From the NCBI RefSeq assembly GCF_037038585.1, contig NC_092556.1:386619-450618 (forward strand): a stretch of DNA of 64,000 bases, in the 5' to 3' direction. Below the pieces are notes generated by a model. It saw only the letters and a list, made by a program, of their open reading frames with translations, made no database searches and was not told where the DNA came from. The position numbers were made by a program, and so were the translations under genes. The DNA comes from Patagioenas fasciata (lineage: Eukaryota). Positions 10,901 through 22,011 of this stretch are shown piece after piece (the stretch's first letter is position 1; each line of letters begins with the position of its first letter).

Positions 10901-13900
10901 CCAATGTCCCCCCATGTCCCCCAATGTCCCCCCATATCCCCCAATGTCCCCCCATGTCCCCCAATGTCCCCCCATATCCCCCAATGTCCCCCCAATGTCC
11001 CCAATGTGCCCCCATGTCCCTCATTGTCCCCATATCCCCAAATGTGTCCCCATGTCCCCCCATATCCCCACATCCCCCAATGTCCCCATGTCCCCCAATA
11101 TCCCCCTGTCCCCATATGTCCCATTGTCCCCATATCCCCCAATGTCCCCATTTTCCCCTCCATGTCCCCCATATCCCCCAATGTCCCCATTGCCCCCAAT
11201 GTCCCCATTGTCCCCATAGTCCCCCCATATCCCCCCATGTGCCCCCATTTATCCCCCCATATCCCCCAATGTCCCCATGTCCCCCATTGTCCTCATTGCC
11301 CCCAATGTCCCCATTGCCCCCAATGTCCCCATTGTCCCCCTATGCCCCCATAACCCCCATTGCCCCCAATGTCCCATTGTCCCCATGTCCCCCAATGTCC
11401 CCATGTCCCCCCATTATCCCCATACCCCCCACATCCCCCATATCCCCCAATGTCCCCATATCCCCCCATGTCCCCCATTGCCCCCCAATGTCCCCACGTC
11501 CCCCCATTATCCCCATGTCCCCCAATGTCCCCATGTCCCCCAATGTCCCCATGTCCCCCCATTATCCCCATATCCCCCAATGTCCCCATGTCCCCCAATG
11601 TCCCCAGATCCCCCCATTATCCCCATATCCCCCAATGTCCCCATGTCCCCCCATTATCCCCATATCCCCCAATGTCCCCATTGTCCCCCAATGTCCCCAG
11701 ATCCCCCCATTATCCCCATATCCCCCAATGTCCCCATTGTCCCCAATGCCCCCATTGTCCCCCTATCCCCCCATGTCCCCCCATTATCCCCCTGTCCCCC
11801 AATGTCCCCCTGTCCCCCAATGTCCCCATGTCCCCCAATGTCCCCCAATGTCCCCCAACGTCCCCAACGTCCCCACCCTTGAGCTTCTCCCCGAACATGG
11901 TGAGGAACACGGTGAAGTTGATGGGGCCGCTGGCCTCTTTGATCATGGCGTCCAGCTCCTCGTTCTTCACGTTCAGCCGGCCTATCAGAGACAGGGGGCG
12001 GGGCTTAGCGGGACACGCCCACCCCCAAACCCCGCCCCCTAGGCAATAAACCCCGCCCCTTACCATTCGGATTCCACACCCCCCCCTTGGCTCTATAGGC
12101 AATGGAATGGCCCTGGAGGCCACGCCCCCATTCACAAGCCACGCCCCCCTTTTAAACCCCCATTCCCTCCATTGGGTACCAAGGCCACGCCCCCTTTGTG
12201 CAAACCACGCCCCCTTTCCCAACCCCTATTGGCCCTGAGGCCACGCCCCCATTCTAAAGCCACGCCCCCAATCTTTAACCCCGCCTCCTTCTCCATAAGG
12301 CGCTAAGCCCCGCCCACCTTGCATAAGCGACGCCCCCCCCATTCTACCCAATTGGCTCTTGAGGCCACGCCCACATTTCCTCAAGCCACGCCCACATTTC
12401 CTCAAGCCACGCCCCTTTTCTAGACTCCGCCCCCTTCTCTATGAGGCGCTAAGCCACGCCCCCCTTTTCAATCTTCCATTTAATCCATTGGTTCTGGAAG
12501 CCACGCCCCCCCTTCAATCTCCCATTTACTCTACTGGCTGTGGAGGCCACGCCCCCTTTGCATAAGCCACGCCCCCTTTCAATATCCCATTTAATCTATT
12601 GGCTCTGGAGGCCACGCCCCCCACAAGCCCCACCCCTGCAAGCCGCTAAGCTCCGCCCCTTTGCCGCAAGCCACGCCCCCCCCCTTCCACCCCCCCAATT
12701 TACTCTATTGGCTCTGGAGGCCACGCCCACATTGCTCAGGCCACGCCCCCTCGGCAAACCCCACCCCCCCATTCATCCCTATGGCCCCATTGACCCCTCC
12801 ACCCCCCACAAGGCCACACCCATGCTCACTGAGGCCACACCCTCCAAGCCACGCCCACCTCCCCAAGCCACGCCCACCTCCCCCAAGCCACGCCCCCTCA
12901 CCCATGGCGGCGAAGGTCTCGCGCAGATCATCCTTATCAATGATCCCGTCCCGGTTCTGATCGATCACCGTGAACGCCTGCAGGGGGCGCGGGGGAGCAT
13001 GGGCCGCAGGCCACGCCCCCCGCCCCAAGCCACGCCCCCCCGCCCCAAGCCACGCCCCCCACCCCCCCCCCAAGCCTTCAAGGAGACATTGGAGCCGGCA
13101 ACAGGTGCTGGAAAGGACCCAGGCGTCCGGGGAAAGGGACCCAGGCGGCCGGGGGTTGGACCAAATAAGGGACCCAGGCGTCCGGGTGACCCCACCCCCC
13201 CCAAAAAAGGGACCCTGGAGTTCGGGGGTTGAACCAAAAAAGGACCCAGGCGTCCGGGGGGGTCTGATCAAGGGACCCAGGCGTCCGGGGAAAGGGACCC
13301 AGGCGTCCGGGGTGACCCCACCCCCCCAAAAAAGGGACCCTGGAGTTCGGGGGTTGAACCAAAAAAGGACCCAGGCGTCCGGGGTGACCCCTAAAAAGGG
13401 ACCCAGGCGTCCGGGGTGACCCCACCCCCCAAAAAAGGGACCCTGGAGTTCGGGGTTGAACCAAAAAAGGACCCAGGCATCCGGGGTGACCCCTAAAAAG
13501 GGACCCAGGCGTCCGGGGGGATCTGCCCGAGGGACCCAGGCGTCCGGGGGGGTCTGCCCAAGGGACCCAGGCGTCCGGGGGGGTCTGATCAAGGGACCCA
13601 GGCGTCCGGGGGGGTCTGATCAAGGGACCCAGGCGTCCGGGCAAAGGGACCCAGGCATCCGGGGTGACCCCTAAAAAGGGACCCAGGCGTCCGGGGGGGG
13701 TCTGCCCAAGGGACCCAGGCGTCCGGGGGGGTCTGCCCGAGGGACCCAGGCGTCCGGGGGGGTCTGCCCGAGGGACCCAGGCGTCCGGGGGGGTCTGATC
13801 AAGGGACCCAGGCGTCCGGGCAAAGGGACCCAGGCATCCGGGGTGACCCCTAAAAAGGGACCCAGGCGTCCGGGGGGGGTCTGCCCAAGGGACCCAGGCG

Positions 13901-16900
13901 TCCGGGGGGGGGTCTGAAAAAGGGACCCAGGCGTCCGGGGGGGTCTGCCCGAGGGACCCAGGCGTCCGGGGGGGGTCTGAAAAAGGGACCCAGGCGTCCG
14001 GGGGGGTCTGCCCGAGGGACCCAGGCATCCGGGGTTGCCCCCCCATTCCCCCCAAAAGGGACCCAGGCGTCCGGGGGGGTCTGCCCGAGGGACCCAGGCG
14101 TCCGGGGGGGTCTGCCCGAGGGACCCAGGCGTCCGGGGGGGTCTGCCCGAGGGACCCAGGCGTCCGGGGGGGTCTGATCAAGGGACCCAGGCGTCCGGGC
14201 AAAGGGACCCAGGCATCCGGGGTGACCCCTAAAAAGGGACCCAGGCGTCCGGGGGGGTCTGCCCGAGGGACCCAGGCGTCCGGGGGGGTCTGATCAAGGG
14301 ACCCAGGCGTCCGGGCAAAGGGACCCAGGCATCCGGGGTGACCCCTAAAAAGGGACCCAGGCGTCCGGGGGGGTCTGCCCAAGGGACCCAGGCGTCCGGG
14401 GGGGTCTGCCCGAGGGACCCAGGCGTCCGGGCGCCCCCACCTCCTTGAACTCCTGGATCTGGGTCTGGTCGAACATGGAGAAAACGTTGGAGCTGCCCTC
14501 GGCCGCTCGGCGCTTCGCCTTCTTGGGGGCCTGCGCGCAGATGGGGGGCAGGATGGGGGGTGGGTGTGGGGCAGGATGGGGGGGGATGTGGGGCAGGATG
14601 TGGGGGGGATGTGGGGGGGATGTGGGGCGGGTGTGGGGGGGTGTGGGGGGGGTGTGGGGCAGGATGGGGGGGGATGTGGGGCAGGATGGGGGGGGGTGTG
14701 GGGCTGGGTGTGGGGGGGGTGTGGGGCAGGATGTGGGGCAGGATGGGGGGCAGGATGGGGGGGATGTGGGGCAGGATGTGGGGCGGGCGTGGGGTGGGTG
14801 TGGGGCAGGATGGGGGGCGGGTGTGGGGTACAAATGGGGCAGGATGTGGGGGGGATGTGGGGCAGGATGTGGGGCAGGATGGGGGGGGGATGTGGGGGGG
14901 ATGTGGGGGGGATGTGGGGCAGGATGGGGGGGGATGTGGGGGGGGATGTGGGGTACAAATGGGGTGGATGTGGGGCAGGATGGGGGGCGGGTGTGGGGCA
15001 GGATGGGGGGGGGATGTGGGGTGGGATGTGGGGGGGATGTGGGGCAGGATGGGGGGGGATGTGGGGTACAAATGGGGCAGGATGTGGGGGGGATGTGGGG
15101 CGGGTGTGGGGGGGATGTGGGGGGGATGTGGGGCAGGATGTGGGGGGGATGTGGGGCGGGTGTGGGGCGGGATGGGGGGGGATGTGGGGCGGGTGTGGGG
15201 CGGGTGTGGGGGGGATGTGGGGGGGATGTGGGGCAGGATGTGGGGGGGATGTGGGGCGGGTGTGGGGCGGGATGGGGGGGGATGTGGGGTACAAATGGGG
15301 CAGGATGTGGGGGGGATGTGGGGGGGATGTGGGGGGGATGTGGGGCGGGTGTGGGGCAGGATGTGGGGGGGATGTGGGGCAGGATGGGGGGCGGGTGTGG
15401 GGGGGATGTGGGGGGGATGTGGGGTGGGATGTGGGGCAGGATGTGGGGCAGGATGGGGGGCGGGTGTGGGGCAGGATGGGGTGGGGATGTGGGGTGGGAT
15501 GTGGGGGGGATGTGGGGGGGATGTGGGGCAGGATGGGGGGGGATGTGGGGGGGATGTGGGGGGGATGTGGGGCAGGATGGGGGGGGATGTGGGGTACAAA
15601 TGGGGCAGGATGTGGGGGGGATGTGGGGCGGGATTTGGGGGGAGATGTGGGGGGGATGTGGGGGGGATGTGGGGGGGATGTGGGGTACAAATAGGGTGGG
15701 ATTTGGGGTACAAATGGGGCAGGTGTGGGGGGGATGTGGGGCAGGATCTGGGGGGGATGTGGGGTGGGATTTGGGGTACAAATGGGGCGGATGTGGGGTG
15801 GATTGGGGGGGATGTGGGGCAGGGATGTGGGGCAGATGGGGAGCAGGGGGTCCCTGGGGGTCCCTATGGGGTCTGGGGGGGATCTGGGGGGGATCTGGGG
15901 GTCCCTATGGGGTCTGGGGGTCCCTATGGGGTTCCCTATGGGGTCTGGGGGTCCCTATGGGGTCTGGGGGTCCCTATGGGGTCTGGGGGGTCCCTGGGGG
16001 TCCCTATGGGGTCTGGGGGTCCCTGGGGGTCCCTATGGGGTCTGGGGGTCCCTATGGGGTCAGGGGGTCCCTGGGGGTCCCTATGGGGTCTGGGGGTCCC
16101 TATGGGGTCTGGGGGTCCCTGGGGGTCTGGGGGGGATGTGGGGGTCCCTATGGGGTCTGGGGGTCCCTGGGGGTCCCTATGGGGTCTGGGGGTCCCTGGG
16201 GGTCTGGGGGGGATGTGGGGGTCCCTATGGGGTCTGGGGGTCCCTGGGGGTCCCTATGGGGTCTGGGGGTCCCTATGGGGTCTGGGGGGGATGTGGGGGT
16301 CCCTATGGGGTCTGGGGGTCCCTGGGGGTCCCTATGGGGTCTGGGGGTCCCTATGGGGTCAGGGGGTCCCTGGGGGTCCCTATGGGGTCTGGGGGTCCCT
16401 ATGGGGTCTGGGGGTCCCTGGGGGTCTGGGGGGGATGTGGGGGTCCCTATGGGGTCTGGGGGTCCCTGGGGGTCCCTATGGGGTCTGGGGGTCCCTGGGG
16501 GTCTGGGGGGGATGTGGGGGTCCCTATGGGGTCTGGGGGTCCCTGGGGGTCCCTATGGGGTCTGGGGGTCCCTATGGGGTCTGGGGGGGATGTGGGGGTC
16601 CCTATGGGGTCTGGGGGTCCCTGGGGGTCCCTATGGGGTCTGGGGGTCCCTATGGGGTCTGGGGGGGATGTGGGGGTCCCTATGGGGTCTGGGGGTCCCT
16701 GGGGGTCCCTATGGGGTCAGGGGGTCCCTGGGGGTCCCTATGGGGTCTGGGGGTCCCTATGGGGTCTGGGGGTCCCTGGGGGTCCCTATGGGGTCTGGGG
16801 GGTCCCTATGGGGTTCCCTATGGGGTCTGGGGGTCCCTATGGGGTCAGGGGGTCCCTATGGGGTCTGGGGGTCCCTGGGGGTCCCTATGGGGTCAGGGGG

Positions 16901-18164
16901 TCCCTGGGGGTCCCTATGGGGTCTGGGGGTCCCTATGGGGTCAGGGGGTCCCTGGGGGTCCCTATGGGGTCTGGGGGTCCCTATGGGGTCAGGGGGTCCC
17001 TGGGGGTCCCTATGGGGTCTGGGGGTCCCTATGGGGTCTGGGGGTCCCTGGGGGTCTGGGGGGGATGTGGGGGTCCCTATGGGGTCTGGGGGTCCCTGGG
17101 GGTCCCTATGGGGTCTGGGGGTCCCTATGGGGTCTGGGGGGGATGTGGGGGTCCCTATGGGGTCTGGGGGTCCCTGGGGGTCCCTATGGGGTCTGGGGGT
17201 CCCTATGGGGTCTGGGGGGGATGTGGGGGTCCCTATGGGGTCTGGGGGTCCCTGGGGGTCCCTATGGGGTCTGGGGGTCCCTATGGGGTCTGGGGGGGAT
17301 GTGGGGGTCCCTATGGGGTCTGGGGGTCCCTGGGGGTCCCTATGGGGTCTGGGGGTCCCTATGGGGTCTGGGGGGGATGTGGGGGTCCCTATGGGGTCTG
17401 GGGGTCCCTGGGGGTCCCTATGGGGTCTGGGGGTCCCTATGGGGTCTGGGGGGGATGTGGGGGTCCCTATGGGGTCTGGGGGTCCCTATGGGGTCTGGGG
17501 GTCCCCATGGGGTCTGGGGGGGATGTGGGGGTCCCTATGGGGTCTGGGGGTCCCTATGGGGTCTGGGGGTCCCTGGGGTTCCCTATGGGGTCTGGGGGGG
17601 ATCTGGGGGTCCCTATGGGGTTTGGGGGTCCCTATGGGGTCTGGGGGTCCCTGGGGGTCCCTATGGGGTCTGGGGGTCCCTGGGGTTCCCTATGGGGTCT
17701 GGGGGTCCCTATGGGGTTCCCTATGGGGTCTGGGGGTCCCTATGGGGTTCCCTATGGGGTCTGGGGGGGATCTGGGGGATCTGAAAAGGGACCCAGGCGT
17801 CCGGGCTGCCCCCCCCCCATCCCCCCCAAAAGGGACCCAGGCGTCCGGGGGTGTCCTTCCCCAATTTGGGGTTAATTGGGGGTTAATTGGGGGTCCAGGG
17901 GGGTTAATTGGGGGTAATTGGGGGGTTAATTGAGGGTTAATTGGGGGTAATTGGGGGTAATTGGGGGGTTAATTGAGGGTTAATTGGGGGTAATTGGGGG
18001 TCCAGGGGGGTTAATTGGGGGTAATTGGGGGGTCCAGGGGGGTTAATTGGGGGTCCAGGGGGGTTAATTGGGGGTAATTGGGGGGTCCAGGGGGGTTAAT
18101 CGTGGGTCCAGGGGGGTTAATTAGGAGCTAATGAGGGGTTAATTAACCGGGGTCCCCTCACCAT
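7805..18164 (-). CDS. MYLPF: Fast skeletal muscle myosin regulatory light chain 2 (MLC2f), complete CDS in 7 exons, 168 aa
   Basis: Spliced minus-strand exons: 18162-18164 (ATG only), 14441-14530, 12902-12977, 11877-11981, 10777-10855, 9731-9779, 7805-7909 (includes stop). Translation: [168 protein letters not shown]. This matches my recall of vertebrate MYLPF, and the chicken protein in particular. All junctions are GT..AG with pyrimidine-rich acceptors, and exon phases are consistent. Confidence 0.9.
8070..9720 (+). repeat. G-rich satellite, about 20-22 bp GGGGTTTGGGGTCCCCATGG, about 75 copies (MYLPF intron 6)
   Basis: Direct reading. Confidence 0.9.
9731..9779 (-). CDS. MYLPF: MYLPF exon 6 ([17 protein letters not shown])
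   Basis: Acceptor gtgcccccccag|CCTTGAG and donor GAGGAG|gtgagagc. 49 bp. Confidence 0.9.
9790..11870 (+). repeat. 9-bp periodic C-rich satellite (CCCCATTGG / CCCCATGTC / CCCAATGTC variants) filling MYLPF introns 4 and 5, interrupted by exon 5
   Basis: Direct reading. The minus strand reads GGCCAATGGG repeatedly. Confidence 0.9.
10777..10855 (-). CDS. MYLPF: MYLPF exon 5 ([26 protein letters not shown])
   Basis: Acceptor cgtggggcag|GCGCGG and donor AAGAGCTT|gtgagtgg. 79 bp. Confidence 0.9.
11877..11981 (-). CDS. MYLPF: MYLPF exon 4 ([35 protein letters not shown])
   Basis: Acceptor tctgatag|GCCGGC and donor CTCAAGG|gtgggga. 105 bp. Confidence 0.9.
12060..12900 (+). repeat. About 60 bp repeats built on CCACGCCCC cores (MYLPF intron 3)
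   Basis: Direct reading. Confidence 0.8.
12902..12977 (-). CDS. MYLPF: MYLPF exon 3 ([26 protein letters not shown])
   Basis: Acceptor ccccctgcag|GCGTTC and donor GCCATGG|gtgaggg. This is the EF-hand 1 region. Confidence 0.9.
13080..14440 (+). repeat. Satellite about 30 bp GGGACCCAGGCGTCCGGGGGGGTCTGCCCGA (MYLPF intron 2)
   Basis: Direct reading. Confidence 0.9.
14441..14530 (-). CDS. MYLPF: MYLPF exon 2 ([30 protein letters not shown])
   Basis: Acceptor ..ctgcgcgcag|GCCCCC and donor AAGGAG|gtgggggc on the minus strand. 90 bp, phase 0 to 0. Confidence 0.9.
14560..15800 (+). repeat. Satellite GGGATGTGGGGCAGGATGTGG (8-11 bp GATGTGGGG core) in MYLPF intron 1
   Basis: Direct reading. The same core recurs at 62520-64000. 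Confidence 0.9.
15840..17790 (+). repeat. Satellite about 24-30 bp GGGGTCCCTATGGGGTCTGGGGGTCCCTGG (MYLPF intron 1)
   Basis: Direct reading. Confidence 0.9.
17860..18130 (+). repeat. Satellite GGGGTTAATTGGGGGTAATTG
   Basis: Direct reading. Confidence 0.85.
18162..18164 (-). CDS. MYLPF: MYLPF exon 1 coding part (initiator ATG only, then GTGAGG donor)
   Basis: Minus strand reads gcggccATG|gtgagggg. Exon 2 begins with the codon after Met (APKKAKRR), so exon 1 must end exactly at the ATG. A TATA-like TTTAAAA lies 43 nt upstream. Confidence 0.55.
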
Positions 18165-18245
18165 GGCCGCTCTCGGGGTCTCTGGGGGTCCCGGCCCCTC
18201 CGGGGGTTTTAAAGCCTCTTGGCCCCGCCCCCCCCCCGGACGCCT
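18165..18245 (-). promoter_or_regulatory. MYLPF: MYLPF core promoter: TATA/MEF2-like TTTAAAA (18207-18213 plus-strand coordinates) about 43 nt upstream of the ATG, with a GC box (ggggcgggg) further upstream
   Basis: Minus strand reads gggggcggggccaagaggcTTTAAAAcccccggaggggccgggacccccagagaccccgagagcggccATG|gtgagg. The placement assumes an exon 1 that ends at the ATG. Confidence 0.45.
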
Positions 18246-20000
18246 GGGTCCCTCCCCGAATTCCTAAGAAGTTCGTCCCGAACGCCTGGGTCCCTCCCCC
18301 CCCCCCCCCCCGAATTCCTGGGGCACTGGGGCACTCCTGGGTCCCCCCCGAACTCCTGGGTCCCTGGGGCACTCCTGGGTCCCTCCCGAACTCCTGGGTC
18401 CCCCCGAACTCCTGGGTCCCTGGGGCACTCCTGGGTCCCTTGGGGTACTCCTGGGTCCCTTGGGGCACTCCTGGGTCCCTCCCTGAACTCCTGGGTCCCT
18501 CCCGAACTCCTGGGTCCCCCTGGACTCGTGGGTCCCTTGGGGCACTCCTGGGTCCCTGGGGCACTCCTGGGTCCCTGGGGCACTCCTGGGTCCCTCCGGA
18601 ACTCCTGGGTCCCTGCCGAACTCCTGGGTCCCTTGGGGCACTCCTGGGTCCCCCCCTGAATTCCTGGGTCCCCCCCCGAACTCCTGGGTCCCCCCTCCCC
18701 CCTCCCCGAACTCCTGGGTCCCCCCTCCCCCCTCCCCGAACTCCTGGGTCCCCTCCAAGTGGGGGAGGGGCGGGAGAAGGCGGCAGGTGCAAGGAGGGGG
18801 GAGGGGGGGGAAGAAGGGACCCAGGCGTCCGGGAGGGGACCCAGGAGTTCGGGGGGGAGGGGACCCAGGCGTCCGAGCGCTATTTTTACCCCTTTGTCCC
18901 GATAAGGGCACCCGGGGGGACCCAGGAGTGCGGGAGGGACCCAGGAGTGCCCCAGGAACCCAGGAGTGCCCCAAGGGACCCAGGAGTGCCCCAAGGGACC
19001 CAGGAGTTCAGGGGGGGACCCAGGAGTGCGGGAGGGACCCAGGAGTGCCCCAGGGACCCAGGAGTGCCCCAAGGGACCCAGGAGTTCAGGGGGGGACCCA
19101 GGAGTGCCCCAGGGACCCAGGAGTTCAGGGGGGGACCCAGGAGTGCGGGAGGGACCCAGGAGTTCGGGGAGGGACCCAGGAGTGCCCCAAGGGACCCAGG
19201 AGTTCGGGGAGGGACCCAGGAGTCCGGGAGGGACCCAGGAGGTCGGGGAGGGACCCAGGAGTGCCCCAAGGGACCCAGGAGTTCGGGAGGGGACCCAGGA
19301 GTCCGGGAGGGGACCCAGGAGTCCGGGAGGGACCCAGGAGTCCGGGAGGGACCCAGGAGTTCCGGGAAGGACCCAGGAGTTCGGGAGGGGACCCAGGAGT
19401 CCGGGAGGGGACCCAGGAGTCCGGGAGGGACCCAGGAGTGCCCCAAGGGACCCAGGAGTTCCGGGAAGGACCCAGGAGTTCGGGAGGGGACCCAGGAGTG
19501 CCCCAAGGGACCCAGGCGTTCGGGAGGGACCCAGGAGTTCAGGAAGGGACCCAGGAGTTCGGGGAAGGACCCAGGAGTGCCCCAAGGGACCCAGGAGTTC
19601 GGGAGGGGACCCAGGAGTTCGGGGGGGAAACCAGGGGTCTGCGAGGGACCCAGGAGTTCAGGAAGGGACCCAGAAGTTCAGAGGGACCCAGGAGTTCGGG
19701 GAGGGACCCAGGAGTGCCCCAGGGACCCAGGAGTTCGGGGGAGGGACCCAGGAGTCCGGGAGGGACCCAGGAGTTCAGGAAAGGACCCAGGAGTCCAGGA
19801 GGGGACCCAGGAGTGCCCCAAAGGACCCAGGAGTTCGGGAGGGGACCCAGGAGTTCGGGAGGGACCCAGGAGTTCGGGAAAGGACCCAGGAGTTCGGGAG
19901 GGGACCCAGGAGTGCCCCAAAGGACCCAGGAGTTCGGGAGGGGACCCAGGAGTTCGGGAGGGACCCAGGAGTTCGGGAAAGGACCCAGGAGTTCGGGAGG
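18230..20000. repeat. GGGACCCAGGAGTKCSGG family satellite. Plus orientation is GAACTCCTGGGTCCC / CACTCCTGGGTCCCTGGGG at 18230-18760. The reverse orientation is at 18800-20000
   Basis: Direct reading. The orientation switches near 18770. Confidence 0.9.
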
Positions 20001-20339
20001 AACCCCACATTGCCCCATTTTACACCACAATTTACCCCAACTTCCCGCCATTTTCCGCTCTGGCCCCGCCCCTTCCCGCTCCCCCACTCGCTCCCCATTG
20101 GCTCACGGCACCGCTCGCCCCGCCCACTCGCTCCCCATTGACCCCATCGCCTCGCCCCGCCCACTCGCTCCCCATTGGCTCACGGCGCCGTCCGCCCCGC
20201 CCACTCGCTCCTCATTGACCCCCATCGCCTCGCCCCGCCCACTCGCTCCCCATTGGCTCACGGCGCCGCTCGCCCCGCCCACTCGCTCCCCATTGGTTCT
20301 CCACGTCCTCTCCCTCCCCTCCTCCCATTGATTGAGGCG

Positions 20340-21840
20340 CCAAACCCATTTTGGGCTCAAATAACCCAGTTTTGGGGGTCAAAGAACCCAGTTTTGGGGT
20401 CGAAAAAGCCATTTTTGGGGTCAAAGAACCCATTTTTGGGGTCAAAACCCCCATTTTTTGGGTCAAATGACCCATTTTTGGGGTCGAAAAAGCCATTTTT
20501 GGGCTCAAATAACCCATTGTTGGGTCTCAAATAACCCATTTTGGGGGTCAAAAAAGCCTTTTTTGGGGTCACAACAGTCATTTCTGGGGTCAAATAACCC
20601 ACTTTTGGGCTCAAATAACCCATTCTTGGGGTCAAATAACCCACACTTGGGCCTAAATAACCCACACTTGGACTCCCATCACCTGTTTTGGGGGTCAAAT
20701 CACCCATTTTTGGGGTTGAAAAAACCATTTTTTGGGTCAAAAAAGCCATTTTTGGGGTCGAAAAAGCCATTTTGAGGCCCAAATAACCCAAGTTTGGGCT
20801 CAAATAACCCATTCTTGGACTCCAATAACCCATTCTTGGGAGTCAAATAACCCACACTCGGGCCTAAATAACCCACACTTGGGCCTAAATAACCCACACT
20901 TGGACTCAAATCACCTGTTTTTGGGTCAAATAACCTGTTTTTTGGGTCAAATAACCCATTTTTGGGGTGGAGGAAGCCGATTTTGGGGTGGAAGAAGCCA
21001 TTTTGGGGGTCACAACAGCCATTTCTGGGGTCAAATAACCCATTCTTAGGCCCAAATAACCCATTCTTGGGGGTCAAATAACCCACTCTTGGGCCTAAAT
21101 AACCCACACTTGGACTCCAATCACCCGTTTTTGGGGTCAAATAACCCGTTTTTTGGGTCAAAAAAGCCATTTTGAGGCCCAAATAACCCAAGTTTGGGCT
21201 GAAATAACCCATTCTTGGACTCCAATAACCCATTCTTGGGGGTCAAATAACCCACACTCGGGCCTAAATAACCCACACTTGGACTCCAATCACCTGTTTT
21301 TGGGTCAAATCACCCGTTTTTGGGGTCAAATAACCCATTTTTGGGGTGGATGAAGCCATTTTGGGGGTCACAACAGCCATTTCTGGGGTCAAATAACCCA
21401 TTCTTAGGCCCAAATAACCCATTCTTGGGGGTCAAATAACCCACTCTTGGGCCTAAATAACCCACACTTGGACTCCAATCACCTGTTTTTGGGTCAAATC
21501 ACCCGTTTTTGGGGTCAAATCACCCGTTTTTGGGGTCAAATAACCCGTTTTTTGGGTCAAAAAAGCCATTTTGAGGCCCAAATAACCCAAGTTTGGGCTC
21601 AAATAACCCATTCTTGGACTCCAATAACCCATTCTTGGGCGTCAAATAACTCACACTCGGGCCTAAATAACCCACACTTGGGCCTAAATAACCCACACTT
21701 GGGCCTAAATAACCCACACTTGGACTCCAATCACCTGTTTTTGGGTCAAATCACCCGTTTTTGGGGTCAAATAACCCGTTTTTGGGGTCAAATCACCCGT
21801 TTTTGGGGTGGAGGAAGCCGATTTTGGGGTGGATGAAGCC
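20340..21840 (+). repeat. AT-richer satellite about 20-22 bp GGGTCAAATAACCCATTYTTGG / GGCCTAAATAACCCACACTTGG with an about 400 bp higher-order period
   Basis: Direct reading. Confidence 0.85.
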
Positions 21841-21850
21841 GATTTTGGGG

Positions 21851-22011
21851 TCAGCAGGGCGGTTTCTGGGCGCCGCGGCGCGCGGGCCCGGGCGGGAAGA
21901 GCTCCACGGGGTCCTGCCCGGTGCGCAGCAGCTGCTGCTCCAGCGCCTGGTGCCGCTTCATGTCCCACAGCACCTTGTCCAGCGCCGCCCGCCGCGACAC
22001 GCGGCCCGGGC
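21851..22011 (-). CDS. PAGR1: PAGR1 exon 3 (..[30 protein letters not shown].., stop)
   Basis: Acceptor tgttgcag|GCCCGGGCC. The stop codon TGA is at 21851-21853. This matches the C-terminal block of human PAGR1. Confidence 0.85.
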
